DNA of 64,000 bases from the human T2T-CHM13v2.0 reference genome, Homo sapiens, in the NCBI RefSeq assembly GCF_009914755.1, contig NC_060925.1. One strand, given 5' to 3'. Shown piece after piece: positions 13,601-28,600 of this stretch (the stretch's first letter is position 1; every line of letters starts with the position of its first letter). Under the pieces are notes generated by a model. That model was not told the origin of the DNA, did not search any database, and saw only the letters and a program-made list of their open reading frames with translations. The translations under genes and the position numbers were made by a program.

Positions 13601-16600
13601 TCGAATGGAATCGAAGAGAATCATCGAACGGACCCGAATGGAATCATCTAATGGAATGGAATGGAATAATCCACGGACTCGAATGCAATCATCGTCGAAT
13701 GGAATCGAATAGAATCATCGAATGGACTCGAATGGAATAATCATTGAACGGAATCGAATGGAATCATCATCGGATGGAAACGAATGGAATCATCATCGAA
13801 TGGAATCGAATAGAATTATGGAATGAAATCCAGTGTGATCATCATCGAATGGACCCGAATGGAATCATCATCCAACGGAAGCTAATGGAATCAACATCGA
13901 ATGAATCAAATGGAAACACCATCGAATTGAAACGAATGGAATTACCATGAAATTGAAATGGATGGACTCATCATCAAATGGATTCGAATGGAATCATCGA
14001 ATAAAATTGATTGAAATCATCATCGAATGGAATCGAATGGTATCATTGAATGGAATCGAATGGAATCATCATCAGATGGAAATGAATGGAATCGTCATAG
14101 AATGGAATCGAATGGATTCATTGAATGGAATCAGATGGAATCATTGAATGGACTGGAATGGAATCATTGAATGGACTCGAAAGGGATCATTATTGAATGG
14201 AATTGAATGGAATCATCGAATGGTCTCGATTGGAATCATTATCAAATGGAATCGAATGGAATCACCGAATAGAATCGAATGGAACAATCATCGAATGGAC
14301 TCAAATGGAATTATCCTCCAATGGAATGGAATGGAATTATCGAATGCAATCGAATGGAATTATCGAATGCAATCGAATAGAATCATCGAATGGACTCGAA
14401 TGGAATCATCGAATGGAATGGAATGGAACAGTCAATGAACTCGAATGGAATCATCATTGAATGGAATCGAATGGAATCATCGAGTGGAATCGAATGGAAT
14501 TATGATCAAATGGAATCGAATGTAATCATCATCAAATGGAATCAAAAATAACCATCATCAATTGGTATTGAATGGAATTGTCATCAAATGGAATTCAAAG
14601 GAATCATCATCAAATGGAACCGAATGGAATCCTCATTGAATGGAAATGAAAGGGGTCATCATCTAATGGAATCGCATGGAATCATCATCAAATGGAATCG
14701 AATGGAATCATCATCAAATGGAATCTAATGGAATCATTGAAAAGAATTGAATGGAATCGTCATCGAATGAATTGAATGCAATCATCGAATGGTCTCGAAT
14801 GGAATCATCTTCTAATGGAAAGGAATGGAATCATCGCATAGAATCGAATGGAATTATCATCGAATGGAATCGAATGGTATCAACACCAAACGGAAAAAAA
14901 CGGAATTATCGAATGGAATCGAAGAGAATCTTCGAACGGACCCGAATGGAATCATCTAATGGAATGGAATGGAATAATCCATGGACTCGAATGCAATCAT
15001 CATCGAATGGAATCGAATGGAATCATCGAATGGACTCGAATGGAATAATCATTGAACGGAATCGAATGGAATCATCATCGGATGGAAACGAATGGAATCA
15101 TCATCGAATGGAAATGAAAGGAGTCATCATCTAATGGAATTGCATGGAATCATCATAAAAGGGAATCGAATGGAATCAACATCAAATGGAATCAAATGGA
15201 ATCATTGAACGGAATTGAATGGAATCGTCATCGAATGAATTGAATGCAATCATCGAATGGTCTCGAATGGAATCATCTTCAAATAGAATGGAATGGAATC
15301 ATCGCATAGAATCGAATGGAATTATCATCGAATGGAATCGAATGGAATCAACATCAAACGGAAAAAAACGGAATTATCGAATGGAATCGAAGAGAATCAT
15401 CGAATGGACCCGAATGGAATCATCTAATGGAATGGAATGGAATAATCCATGGACTCGAATGCAATCATCATCGAATGGAATCGAATGGAATCATCGAATG
15501 GACTCGAATGGAATAATCATTGAACGGAATCGAATGGAATCATCATCGGATGGAAATGAATGGAATCATCATCGAATGGAATCGAATAGAATTATGGAAT
15601 GAAATCCAGTGTGATCATCATCGAATGGACCCGAATGGAATCATCATCCAACGTAAGCTAATGGAATCAACATCGAATGAATCGAATGGAAACACCATCG
15701 AATTGAAACGAATGGAATTACCATGAAATTGAAATGGATGGACTCATCATCGAATGGATTCGAATGGAATCATCGAATAAAATTGATTGAAATCATCATC
15801 GAATTGTATCGAATGGTATCATTGAATGGAATCGAATGGAATCATCCTCAGATGGAAATGAATGGAATCGTCATAGAATGGAATCGAATGGATTCATTGA
15901 ATGGAATCAGATGGAATCATCGAATGGACTGGAATGGAATCATTGAATGGACTCGAAAGGGATCATTATTGAATGGAATTGAATGGAATCATCGAATGGT
16001 CCCGATGGAATCATTATCAAATGGAATCGAATGGAATCACCGAATAGAATCGAATGGAACAATCATCGAATGGACTCAAATGGAATTATCCTCACATGGA
16101 ATCGAATGGAATTATCGAATGCAATCGAATGGAATTATCGAATGCAATCGAATAGAATCATCGAATGGACTCGAATGGAATCATCGAATGGAATGGAATG
16201 GAACAGTCAATGAACTCGAATGGAATCATCATTGAATGGAATCGAATGGAATCATCGAGTGGAATCGAATGGAATTATGATCAAATGGAATCGAATTTAA
16301 TCATCATCAAATGGAATCAAAAATAACCATCATCAATTGGTATTGAATGGAATTCTCATCAAATGGAATTCAAAGGAATCATCATCAAATGGAACTGAAT
16401 GGAATCCTCATTGAATGGAAATGAAAGGGGTCATCATCTAATGGAATCGCATGGAATCATCATCAAATGGAATCGAATGGAATCATCATCAAATGGAATC
16501 TGATGGAATCATTGAACAGAATTGAATGGAATCGTCATCGAATGAATTGAATTCAATCATCGAATGGTCTCGAATGTAATCACATTCTAATGGAAAGGAA

Positions 16601-19600
16601 TGGAATCATCGCATAGAATCGAATGGAATTAACATTGAATGGACTCGAATGGAATCAACATCAAACGGAATCAAGCGGAATTATCGAATGGAATCGAAGA
16701 GAATCATCGAATGGTCTCGAATGGAATCATCTTCTAATGGAAAGGAATGGAATCATCTCATAGAATCGAATGGAATTAACATTGAATGGACTCGAATGGA
16801 ATCAACATCAAATGCAATCAAGCGGAATTGTCGAATGAAATCGAAGAGAATCATCGAATGGACTCGAATGGAATCATCTAATGGAATGGAATGGAATAAT
16901 CCACGGACTCGAATGCAATCATCATCGTATAGAATCGAATGGAATGATCGAAAGGACTCGAATGGAATAACCATTGAACGGAATCGAATGGAATCATCAT
17001 CGGATGGAAACGAATGGAATCATCATCGAATGGAAATGAAAGGAGTCATCATCTAATGGAATTGCATGGAATCATCATCAAATGGAATCGAATGGAATCA
17101 TCATCAAATGGAATCAAATGGAATCATTGAACGGAATTGAATGGAATTGTCATCGAATGAATTGACTGCAATCATCCAATGGTCTCGAATGGAATCATCT
17201 TCAAATGGAATGGAATGGAATCATCGCATAGAATCGAATGGAATTATCATCGAATGGAATCGAATGGTATCAACATCAAACGGAAAAAAACGGAATTATC
17301 GAATGGAATCGAAGAGAATCTTCGAACGGACCCGAATGGAATCATCTAATGGAATGGAATGGAATAATCCATGGACTCGAATGCAATCATCATCGAATGG
17401 GATCGAATGGAATCATTGAATGGACTCGAATGGAATAATCATTGAACGGAATCGAATGGAATCATCATCGGATGGAAATGAATGGAATCATCATCGAATG
17501 GAATCGAATAGAATTATGGAATGAAATCCAGTGTGATCATCATCGAATGGACCCGAATGGAATCATCATCCAACGGAAGCTAATGGAATCAACATCGAAT
17601 GAATCGAAAGGAAACACCATCGAATTGAAACGAATGGAATTATCATGAAATTGAAATGGATGGACTCATCATCGAATGGATTCGAATGGAATCATCGAAT
17701 AAAATTGATTGAAATCATCATCGAATGGAATCGAATGGTATCATTGAATGGAATCGAATGGAATCATCATCAGATGGAAATGAATGGAATCGTCATAGAA
17801 TGGAATCGAATGGATTCATTGAATGGAATCAGATGGAATCATCGAATGGACTCGAATGGAATAATCATTGAACGGAATCGAATGGAATCATCATCGGATG
17901 GAAACGAATGGAATCATCATCGAATGGAAATGAAAGGAGTCATCATCTAATGGAATTTCATGGAATCATCATCAAATGGAATCGAATGGAATCAACATCA
18001 AATGGAATCAAATGGAATCATTGAACGGAATTGAATGGAATCGTCATCGAATGAATTGAATGCAATCATCGAATGGTCTCGAATGGAATCATCTTCAAAT
18101 GGAATGGAATGGAATCATCGCATAGAATCGAATGGAATTATCATCGAATGGAATCGAATGTTATCAACATCAAACGGAAAATAACGGAATTATCGAATGG
18201 AATCGAAGAGAATCATCGAACGGACCCGAATGGAATCATCTAATGGAATGGAATGGAATAATCCACGGACTCGAATGCAATCATCGTCGAATGGAATCGA
18301 ATAGAATCATCGAATGGACTCGAATGGAATAATCATTGAACGGAATCGAATGGAATCATCATCGGATGGAAACGAATGGAATCATCATCGAATGGAATCG
18401 AATAGAATTATGGAATGAAATCCAGTGTGATCATCATCGAATGGACCCGAATGGAATCATCATCCAACGGAAGCTAATGGAATCAACATCGAATGAATCA
18501 AATGGAAACACCATCGAATTGAAACGAATGGAATTACCATGAAATTGAAATGGATGGACTCATCATCGAATGGATTCGAATGGAATCATCGAATAAAATT
18601 GATTGAAATCATCATCGAATGGAATCGAATGGTATCATTGAATGGAATCGAATGGAATCATCATCAGATGGAAATGAATGGAATCGTCATAGAATGGAAT
18701 CGAATGGATTCATTGAATGGAATCAGATGGAATCATTGAATGGACTGGAATGGAATCATTGAATGGACTCGAAAGGGATCATTATTGAATGGAATTGAAT
18801 GGAATCATCGAATGGTCTCGATTGGAATCATTATCAAATGGAATCGAATGGAATCACCGAATAGAATCGAATGGAACAATCATCGAATGGACTCAAATGG
18901 AATTATCCTCCAATGGAATCGAATGGAATTATCGAATGCAATCGAATGGAATTATCGAATGCAATCGAATAGAATCATCGAATGGACTCGAATGGAATCA
19001 TCGAATGGAATGGAATGGAACAGTCAATGAACTCGAATGGAATCATCATTGAATGGAATCGAATGGAATCATCGAGTGGAATCGAATGGAATTATGATCA
19101 AATGGAATCGAATGTAATCATCATCAAATGGAATCAAAAATAACCATCATCAATTGGTATTGAATGGAATTGTCATCAAATGGAATTCAAAGGAATCATC
19201 ATCAAATGGAACCGAATGGAATCCTCATTGAATGGAAATGAATGGGGTCATCATCTAATGGAATCGCATGGAATCATCATCAAATGGAATCGAATGGAAT
19301 CATCATCAAATGGAATCTAATGGAATCATTGAACAGAATTGAATGGAATCGTCATCGAATGAATTGAATGCAATCATCGAATGGTCTCGAATGGAATCAT
19401 CTTCTAATGGAAAGGAATGGAATCATCGCATAGAATCGAATGGAATTATCATCGAATGGAATCGAATGGTATCAACACCAAACGGAAAAAAACGGAATTA
19501 TCGAATGGAATCGAAGAGAATCTTCGAACGGACCCGAATGGAATCATCTAATGGAATGGAATGGAATAATCCATGGACTCGAATGCAATCATCATCGAAT

Positions 19601-22600
19601 GGAATCGAATGGAATCATCGAATGGACTCGAATGGAATAATCATTGAACGGAATCGATTGGAATCATCATCGGATGGAAACGAATGGAATCATCATCGAA
19701 TGGAAATGAAAGGAGTCATCATCTAATGGAATTGCATGGAATCATCATAAAATGGAATCGAATGGAATCAACATCAAATGGAATCAAATGGAATCATTGA
19801 ACGGAATTGAATGGAATCGTCATCGAATGAATTGACTGCAATCATCCAATGGTCTCGAATGGAATCATCTTCAAATGGAATGGAATGGAATCATCGCATA
19901 GAATCGAATGGAATTATCATCGAATGGAATCGAATGGAATCAACATCCAACGGAAAAAAACGGAATTATCGAATGGAATCGAAGAGAATCATCGAATGGA
20001 CCCGAATGGAATCATCTAATGGAATGGAATGGAATAATCCATGGACTCGAATGCAATCATCATCGAATGGAATGGAATGGAATCATCGAATGGACTCGAA
20101 TGGAATAATCATTGAACGGAATCGAATGGAATCATCATCGGATGGAAATGAATGGAATCATCATCGAATGGAATCGAATAGAATTATGGAATGAAATCCA
20201 GTGTGATCATCATCGAATGGACCCGAATGGAATCATCATCCAACGGAAGCTAATGGAATCAACATCGAATGAATCAAATGGAAACACCATCGAATTGAAA
20301 CGAATGGAATTACCATGAAATTGAAATGGATGGACTCATCATCGAATGGATTCGAATGGAATCATCGAATAAAATTGATTGAAATCATCATCGAATGGAA
20401 TCGAATGGTATCATTGAATGGAATCGAATGGAATCATCATCAGATGGAAATGAATGGAATCGTCATAGAATGGAATCGAATGGATTCATTGAATGGAATC
20501 AGATGGAATCATCGAATGGACTGGAATGGAATCATTGAATGGACTCGAAAGGGATCATGATTGAATGGAATTGAATGGAATCATCGAATGGTCTCGATTG
20601 GAATCATTATCAAATGGAATCGAATGGAATCACCGAATAGAATCGAATGGAACAATCATTGAATGGACTCAAATGGAATTATCCTCCAATGGAATCGAAT
20701 GGAATTATCGAATGCAATCGAATGGAATTATCGAATGCAATCGAATAGAATCATCGAATGGACTCGAATGGAATCATCGAATGGAATGGAATGGAACAGT
20801 CAATGAACTCGAATGGAATCATCATTGAATGGAATCGAATGGAATCATCGAGTGGAATCGAATGGAATTATGATCAAATGGAATCGAATGTAATCATCAT
20901 CAAATGGAATCAAAAATAACCATCATCAATTGGTATTGAATGGAATTGTCATCAAATGGAATTCAAAGGAATCATCATCAAATGGAACCGAATGGAATCC
21001 TCATTGAATGGAAATGAAAGGGGTCATCATCTAATGGAATCGCATGGAATCATCATCAAATGGAATCGAATGGAATCATCATCAAATGGAATCTAATGGA
21101 ATCATTGAACAGAATTGAATGGAATCGTCATCGAATGAATTGAATGCAATCATCGAATGGTCTCGAATGGAATCATCTTCTAATGGAAAGGAATGGAATC
21201 ATCGCATAGAATCGAATGGAATTATCATCGAATGGAATCGAATGGTATCAACACCAAACGGAAAAAAACGGAATTATCGAATGGAATCGAAGAGAATCTT
21301 CGAACGGACCCGAATGGAATCATCTAATGGAATGGAATGGAATAATCCATGGACTCGAATGCAATCATCATCGAATGGAATCGAATGGAATCATCGAATG
21401 GACTCGAATGGAATAATCATTGAACGGAATCGAATGGAATCATCATCGGATGGAAACGAATGGAATCATCATCGAATGGAAATGAAAGGAGTCATCATCT
21501 AATGGAATTGCATGGAATCATCATAAAATGGAATCGAATGGAATCAACATCAAATGGAATCAAATGGAATCATTGAACGGAATTGAATGGAATCGTCATC
21601 GAATGAATTGACTGCAATCATCCAATGGTCTCGAATGGAATCATCTTCAAATGGAATGGAATGGAATCATCGCATAGAATCGAATGGAATTATCATCGAA
21701 TGGAATCGAATGGAATCAACATCAAACGGAAAAAAACGGAATTATCGAATGGAATCGAAGAGAATCATCGAATGGACCCGAATGGAATCATCTAATGGAA
21801 TGGAATGGAATAATCCATGGACTCGAATGCAATCATCATCGAATGGAATCGAATGGAATCATCGAATGGACTCGAATGGAATAATCATTGAACGGAATCG
21901 AATGGAATCATCATCGGATGGAAATGAATGGAATCATCATCGAATGGAATCGAATAGAATTATGGAATGAAATCCAGTGTGATCATCATCGAATGGACCC
22001 GAATGGAATCATCATCCAACGTAAGCTAATGGAATCAACATCGAATGAATCGAATGGAAACACCATCGAATTGAAACGAATGGAATTACCATGAAATTGA
22101 AATGGATGGACTCATCATCGAATGGATTCGAATGGAATCATCGAATAAAATTGATTGAAATCATCATCGAATGGTATCGAATGGTATCATTGAATGGAAT
22201 CGAATGGAATCATCCTCAGATGGAAATGAATGGAATCGTCATAGAATGGAATCGAATGGATTCATTGAATGGAATCAGATGGAATCATCGAATGGACTGG
22301 AATGGAATCATTGAATGGACTCGAAAGGGATCATTATTGAATGGAATTGAATGGAATCATCGAATGGTCCCGATGGAATCATTATCAAATGGAATCGAAT
22401 GGAATCACCGAATAGAATCGAATGGAACAATCATCGAATGGACTCAAATGGAATTATCCTCACATGGAATCGAATGGAATTATCGAATGCAATCGAATGG
22501 AATTATCGAATGCAATCGAATAGAATCATCGAATGGACTCGAATGGAATCATCGAATGGAATGGAATGGAACAGTCAATGAACTCGAATGGAATCATCAT

Positions 22601-25600
22601 TGAATGGAATCGAATGGAATCATCGAGTGGAATCGAATGGAATTATGATCAAATGGAATCGAATTTAATCATCATCAAATGGAATCAAAAATAACCATCA
22701 TCAATTGGTATTGAATGGAATTCTCATCAAATGGAATTCAAAGGAATCATCATCAAATGGAACTGAATGGAATCCTCATTGAATGGAAATGAAAGGGGTC
22801 ATCATCTAATGGAATCGCATGGAATCATCATCAAATGGAATCGAATGGAATCATCATCAAATGGAATCTGATGGAATCATTGAACAGAATTGAATGGAAT
22901 CGTCATCGAATGAATTGAATTCAATCATCGAATGGTCTCGAATGTAATCACATTCTAATGGAAAGGAATGGAATCATCGCATAGAATCGAATGGAATTAA
23001 CATTGAATGGACTCGAATGGAATCAACATCAAACGGAATCAAGCGGAATTATCGAATGGAATCGAAGAGAATCATCGAATGGTCTCGAATGGAATCATCT
23101 TCTAATGGAAAGGAATGGAATCATCTCATAGAATCGAATGGAATTAACATTGAATGGACTCGAATGGAATCAACATCAAATGCAATCAAGCGGAATTGTC
23201 GAATGAAATTGAAGAGAATCATCGAATGGACTCGAATGGAATCATCTAATGGAATGGAATGGAATAATCCACGGACTCGAATGCAATCATCATCGTATAG
23301 AATCGAATGGAATGATCGAAAGGACTCGAATGGAATAACCATTGAACGGAATCGAATGGAATCATCATCGGATGGAAACGAATGGAATCATCATCGAATG
23401 GAAATGAAAGGAGTCATCATCTAATGGAATTGCATGGAATCATCATCAAATGGAATCGAATGGAATCATCATCAAATGGAATCAAATGGAATCATTGAAC
23501 GGAATTGAATGGAATTGTCATCGAATGAATTGACTGCAATCATCCAATGGTCTCGAATGGAATCATCTTCAAATGGAATGGAATGGAATCATCGCATAGA
23601 ATCGAATGGAATTATCATCGAATGGAATCGAATGGTATCAACATCAAACGGAAAAAAACGGAATTATCGAATGGAATCGAAGAGAATCTTCGAACGGACC
23701 CGAATGGAATCATCTAATGGAATGGAATGGAATAATCCATGGACTCGAATGCAATCATCATCGAATGGAATCGAATGGAATCATTGAATGGACTCGAATG
23801 GAATAATCATTGAACGGAATCGAATGGAATCATCATCGGATGGAAATGAATGGAATCATCATCGAATGGAATCGAATAGAATTATGGAATGAAATCCAGT
23901 GTGATCATCATCGAATGGACCCGAATGGAATCATCATCCAACGGAAGCTAATGGAATCAACATCGAATGAATCGAAAGGAAACACCATCGAATTGAAACG
24001 AATGGAATTATCATGAAATTGAAATGGATGGACTCATCATCGAATGGATTCGAATGGAATCATCGAATAAAATTGATTGAAATCATCATCGAATGGAATC
24101 GAATGGTATCATTGAATGGAATCGAATGGAATCATCATCAGATGGAAATGAATGGAATCGTCATAGAATGGAATCGAATGGATTCATTGAATGGAATCAG
24201 ATGGAATCATCGAATGGACTCGAATGGAATAATCATTGAACGGAATCGAATGGAATCATCATCGGATGGAAACGAATGGAATCATCATCGAATGGAAATG
24301 AAAGGAGTCATCATCTAATGGAATTTCATGGAATCATCATCAAATGGAATCGAATGGAATCAACATCAAATGGAATCAAATGGAATCATTGAACGGAATT
24401 GAATGGAATCGTCATCGAATGAATTGAATGCAATCATCGAATGGTCTCGAATGGAATCATCTTCAAATGGAATGGAATGGAATCATCGCATAGAATCGAA
24501 TGGAATTATCATCGAATGGAATCGAATGTTATCAACATCAAACGGAAAATAACGGAATTATCGAATGGAATCGAAGAGAATCATCGAACGGACCCGAATG
24601 GAATCATCTAATGGAATGGAATGGAATAATCCACGGACTCGAATGCAATCATCGTCGAATGGAATCGAATAGAATCATCGAATGGACTCGAATGGAATAA
24701 TCATTGAACGGAATCGAATGGAATCATCATCGGATGGAAACGAATGGAATCATCATCGAATGGAATCGAATAGAATTATGGAATGAAATCCAGTGTGATC
24801 ATCATCGAATGGACCCGAATGGAATCATCATCCAACGGAAGCTAATGGAATCAACATCGAATGAATCAAATGGAAACACCATCGAATTGAAACGAATGGA
24901 ATTACCATGAAATTGAAATGGATGGACTCATCATCAAATGGATTCGAATGGAATCATCGAATAAAATTGATTGAAATCATCATCGAATGGAATCGAATGG
25001 TATCATTGAATGGAATCGAATGGAATCATCATCAGATGGAAATGAATGGAATCGTCATAGAATGGAATCGAATGGATTCATTGAATGGAATCAGATGGAA
25101 TCATTGAATGGACTGGAATGGAATCATTGAATGGACTCGAAAGGGATCATTATTGAATGGAATTGAATGGAATCATCGAATGGTCTCGATTGGAATCATT
25201 ATCAAATGGAATCGAATGGAATCACCGAATAGAATCGAATGGAACAATCATCGAATGGACTCAAATGGAATTATCCTCCAATGGAATGGAATGGAATTAT
25301 CGAATGCAATCGAATGGAATTATCGAATGCAATCGAATAGAATCATCGAATGGACTCGAATGGAATCATCGAATGGAATGGAATGGAACAGTCAATGAAC
25401 TCGAATGGAATCATCATTGAATGGAATCGAATGGAATCATCGAGTGGAATCGAATGGAATTATGATCAAATGGAATCGAATGTAATCATCATCAAATGGA
25501 ATCAAAAATAACCATCATCAATTGGTATTGAATGGAATTGTCATCAAATGGAATTCAAAGGAATCATCATCAAATGGAACCGAATGGAATCCTCATTGAA

Positions 25601-28600
25601 TGGAAATGAAAGGGGTCATCATCTAATGGAATCGCATGGAATCATCATCAAATGGAATCGAATGGAATCATCATCAAATGGAATCTAATGGAATCATTGA
25701 AAAGAATTGAATGGAATCGTCATCGAATGAATTGAATGCAATCATCGAATGGTCTCGAATGGAATCATCTTCTAATGGAAAGGAATGGAATCATCGCATA
25801 GAATCGAATGGAATTATCATCGAATGGAATCGAATGGTATCAACACCAAACGGAAAAAAACGGAATTATCGAATGGAATCGAAGAGAATCTTCGAACGGA
25901 CCCGAATGGAATCATCTAATGGAATGGAATGGAATAATCCATGGACTCGAATGCAATCATCATCGAATGGAATCGAATGGAATCATCGAATGGACTCGAA
26001 TGGAATAATCATTGAACGGAATCGAATGGAATCATCATCGGATGGAAACGAATGGAATCATCATCGAATGGAAATGAAAGGAGTCATCATCTAATGGAAT
26101 TGCATGGAATCATCATAAAAGGGAATCGAATGGAATCAACATCAAATGGAATCAAATGGAATCATTGAACGGAATTGAATGGAATCGTCATCGAATGAAT
26201 TGAATGCAATCATCGAATGGTCTCGAATGGAATCATCTTCAAATAGAATGGAATGGAATCATCGCATAGAATCGAATGGAATTATCATCGAATGGAATCG
26301 AATGGAATCAACATCAAACGGAAAAAAACGGAATTATCGAATGGAATCGAAGAGAATCATCGAATGGACCCGAATGGAATCATCTAATGGAATGGAATGG
26401 AATAATCCATGGACTCGAATGCAATCATCATCGAATGGAATCGAATGGAATCATCGAATGGACTCGAATGGAATAATCATTGAACGGAATCGAATGGAAT
26501 CATCATCGGATGGAAATGAATGGAATCATCATCGAATGGAATCGAATAGAATTATGGAATGAAATCCAGTGTGATCATCATCGAATGGACCCGAATGGAA
26601 TCATCATCCAACGTAAGCTAATGGAATCAACATCGAATGAATCGAATGGAAACACCATCGAATTGAAACGAATGGAATTACCATGAAATTGAAATGGATG
26701 GACTCATCATCGAATGGATTCGAATGGAATCATCGAATAAAATTGATTGAAATCATCATCGAATTGTATCGAATGGTATCATTGAATGGAATCGAATGGA
26801 ATCATCCTCAGATGGAAATGAATGGAATCGTCATAGAATGGAATCGAATGGATTCATTGAATGGAATCAGATGGAATCATCGAATGGACTGGAATGGAAT
26901 CATTGAATGGACTCGAAAGGGATCATTATTGAATGGAATTGAATGGAATCATCGAATGGTCCCGATGGAATCATTATCAAATGGAATCGAATGGAATCAC
27001 CGAATAGAATCGAATGGAACAATCATCGAATGGACTCAAATGGAATTATCCTCACATGGAATCGAATGGAATTATCGAATGCAATCGAATGGAATTATCG
27101 AATGCAATCGAATAGAATCATCGAATGGACTCGAATGGAATCATCGAATGGAATGGAATGGAACAGTCAATGAACTCGAATGGAATCATCATTGAATGGA
27201 ATCGAATGGAATCATCGAGTGGAATCGAATGGAATTATGATCAAATGGAATCGAATTTAATCATCATCAAATGGAATCAAAAATAACCATCATCAATTGG
27301 TATTGAATGGAATTCTCATCAAATGGAATTCAAAGGAATCATCATCAAATGGAACTGAATGGAATCCTCATTGAATGGAAATGAAAGGGGTCATCATCTA
27401 ATGGAATCGCATGGAATCATCATCAAATGGAATCGAATGGAATCATCATCAAATGGAATCTGATGGAATCATTGAACAGAATTGAATGGAATCGTCATCG
27501 AATGAATTGAATTCAATCATCGAATGGTCTCGAATGTAATCACATTCTAATGGAAAGGAATGGAATCATCGCATAGAATCGAATGGAATTAACATTGAAT
27601 GGACTCGAATGGAATCAACATCAAACGGAATCAAGCGGAATTATCGAATGGAATCGAAGAGAATCATCGAATGGTCTCGAATGGAATCATCTTCTAATGG
27701 AAAGGAATGGAATCATCTCATAGAATCGAATGGAATTAACATTGAATGGACTCGAATGGAATCAACATCAAATGCAATCAAGCGGAATTGTCGAATGAAA
27801 TCGAAGAGAATCATCGAATGGACTCGAATGGAATCATCTAATGGAATGGAATGGAATAATCCACGGACTCGAATGCAATCATCATCGTATAGAATCGAAT
27901 GGAATGATCGAAAGGACTCGAATGGAATAACCATTGAACGGAATCGAATGGAATCATCATCGGATGGAAACGAATGGAATCATCATCGAATGGAAATGAA
28001 AGGAGTCATCATCTAATGGAATTGCATGGAATCATCATCAAATGGAATCGAATGGAATCATCATCAAATGGAATCAAATGGAATCATTGAACGGAATTGA
28101 ATGGAATTGTCATCGAATGAATTGACTGCAATCATCCAATGGTCTCGAATGGAATCATCTTCAAATGGAATGGAATGGAATCATCGCATAGAATCGAATG
28201 GAATTATCATCGAATGGAATCGAATGGTATCAACATCAAACGGAAAAAAACGGAATTATCGAATGGAATCGAAGAGAATCTTCGAACGGACCCGAATGGA
28301 ATCATCTAATGGAATGGAATGGAATAATCCATGGACTCGAATGCAATCATCATCGAATGGGATCGAATGGAATCATTGAATGGACTCGAATGGAATAATC
28401 ATTGAACGGAATCGAATGGAATCATCATCGGATGGAAATGAATGGAATCATCATCGAATGGAATCGAATAGAATTATGGAATGAAATCCAGTGTGATCAT
28501 CATCGAATGGACCCGAATGGAATCATCATCCAACGGAAGCTAATGGAATCAACATCGAATGAATCGAAAGGAAACACCATCGAATTGAAACGAATGGAAT

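Larger units (their letters stand above)
522..17101 (+). repeat. 8,290-bp tandem duplication (about 522-8811 and 8812-17101)
   Basis: Seen: ORFs and private variants recur at +8290 (561/8851, 862/9152, 1869/10159, 8359/16649). The unit sum 1776+1922+894+1776+1922 equals 8290. Confidence 0.92.
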
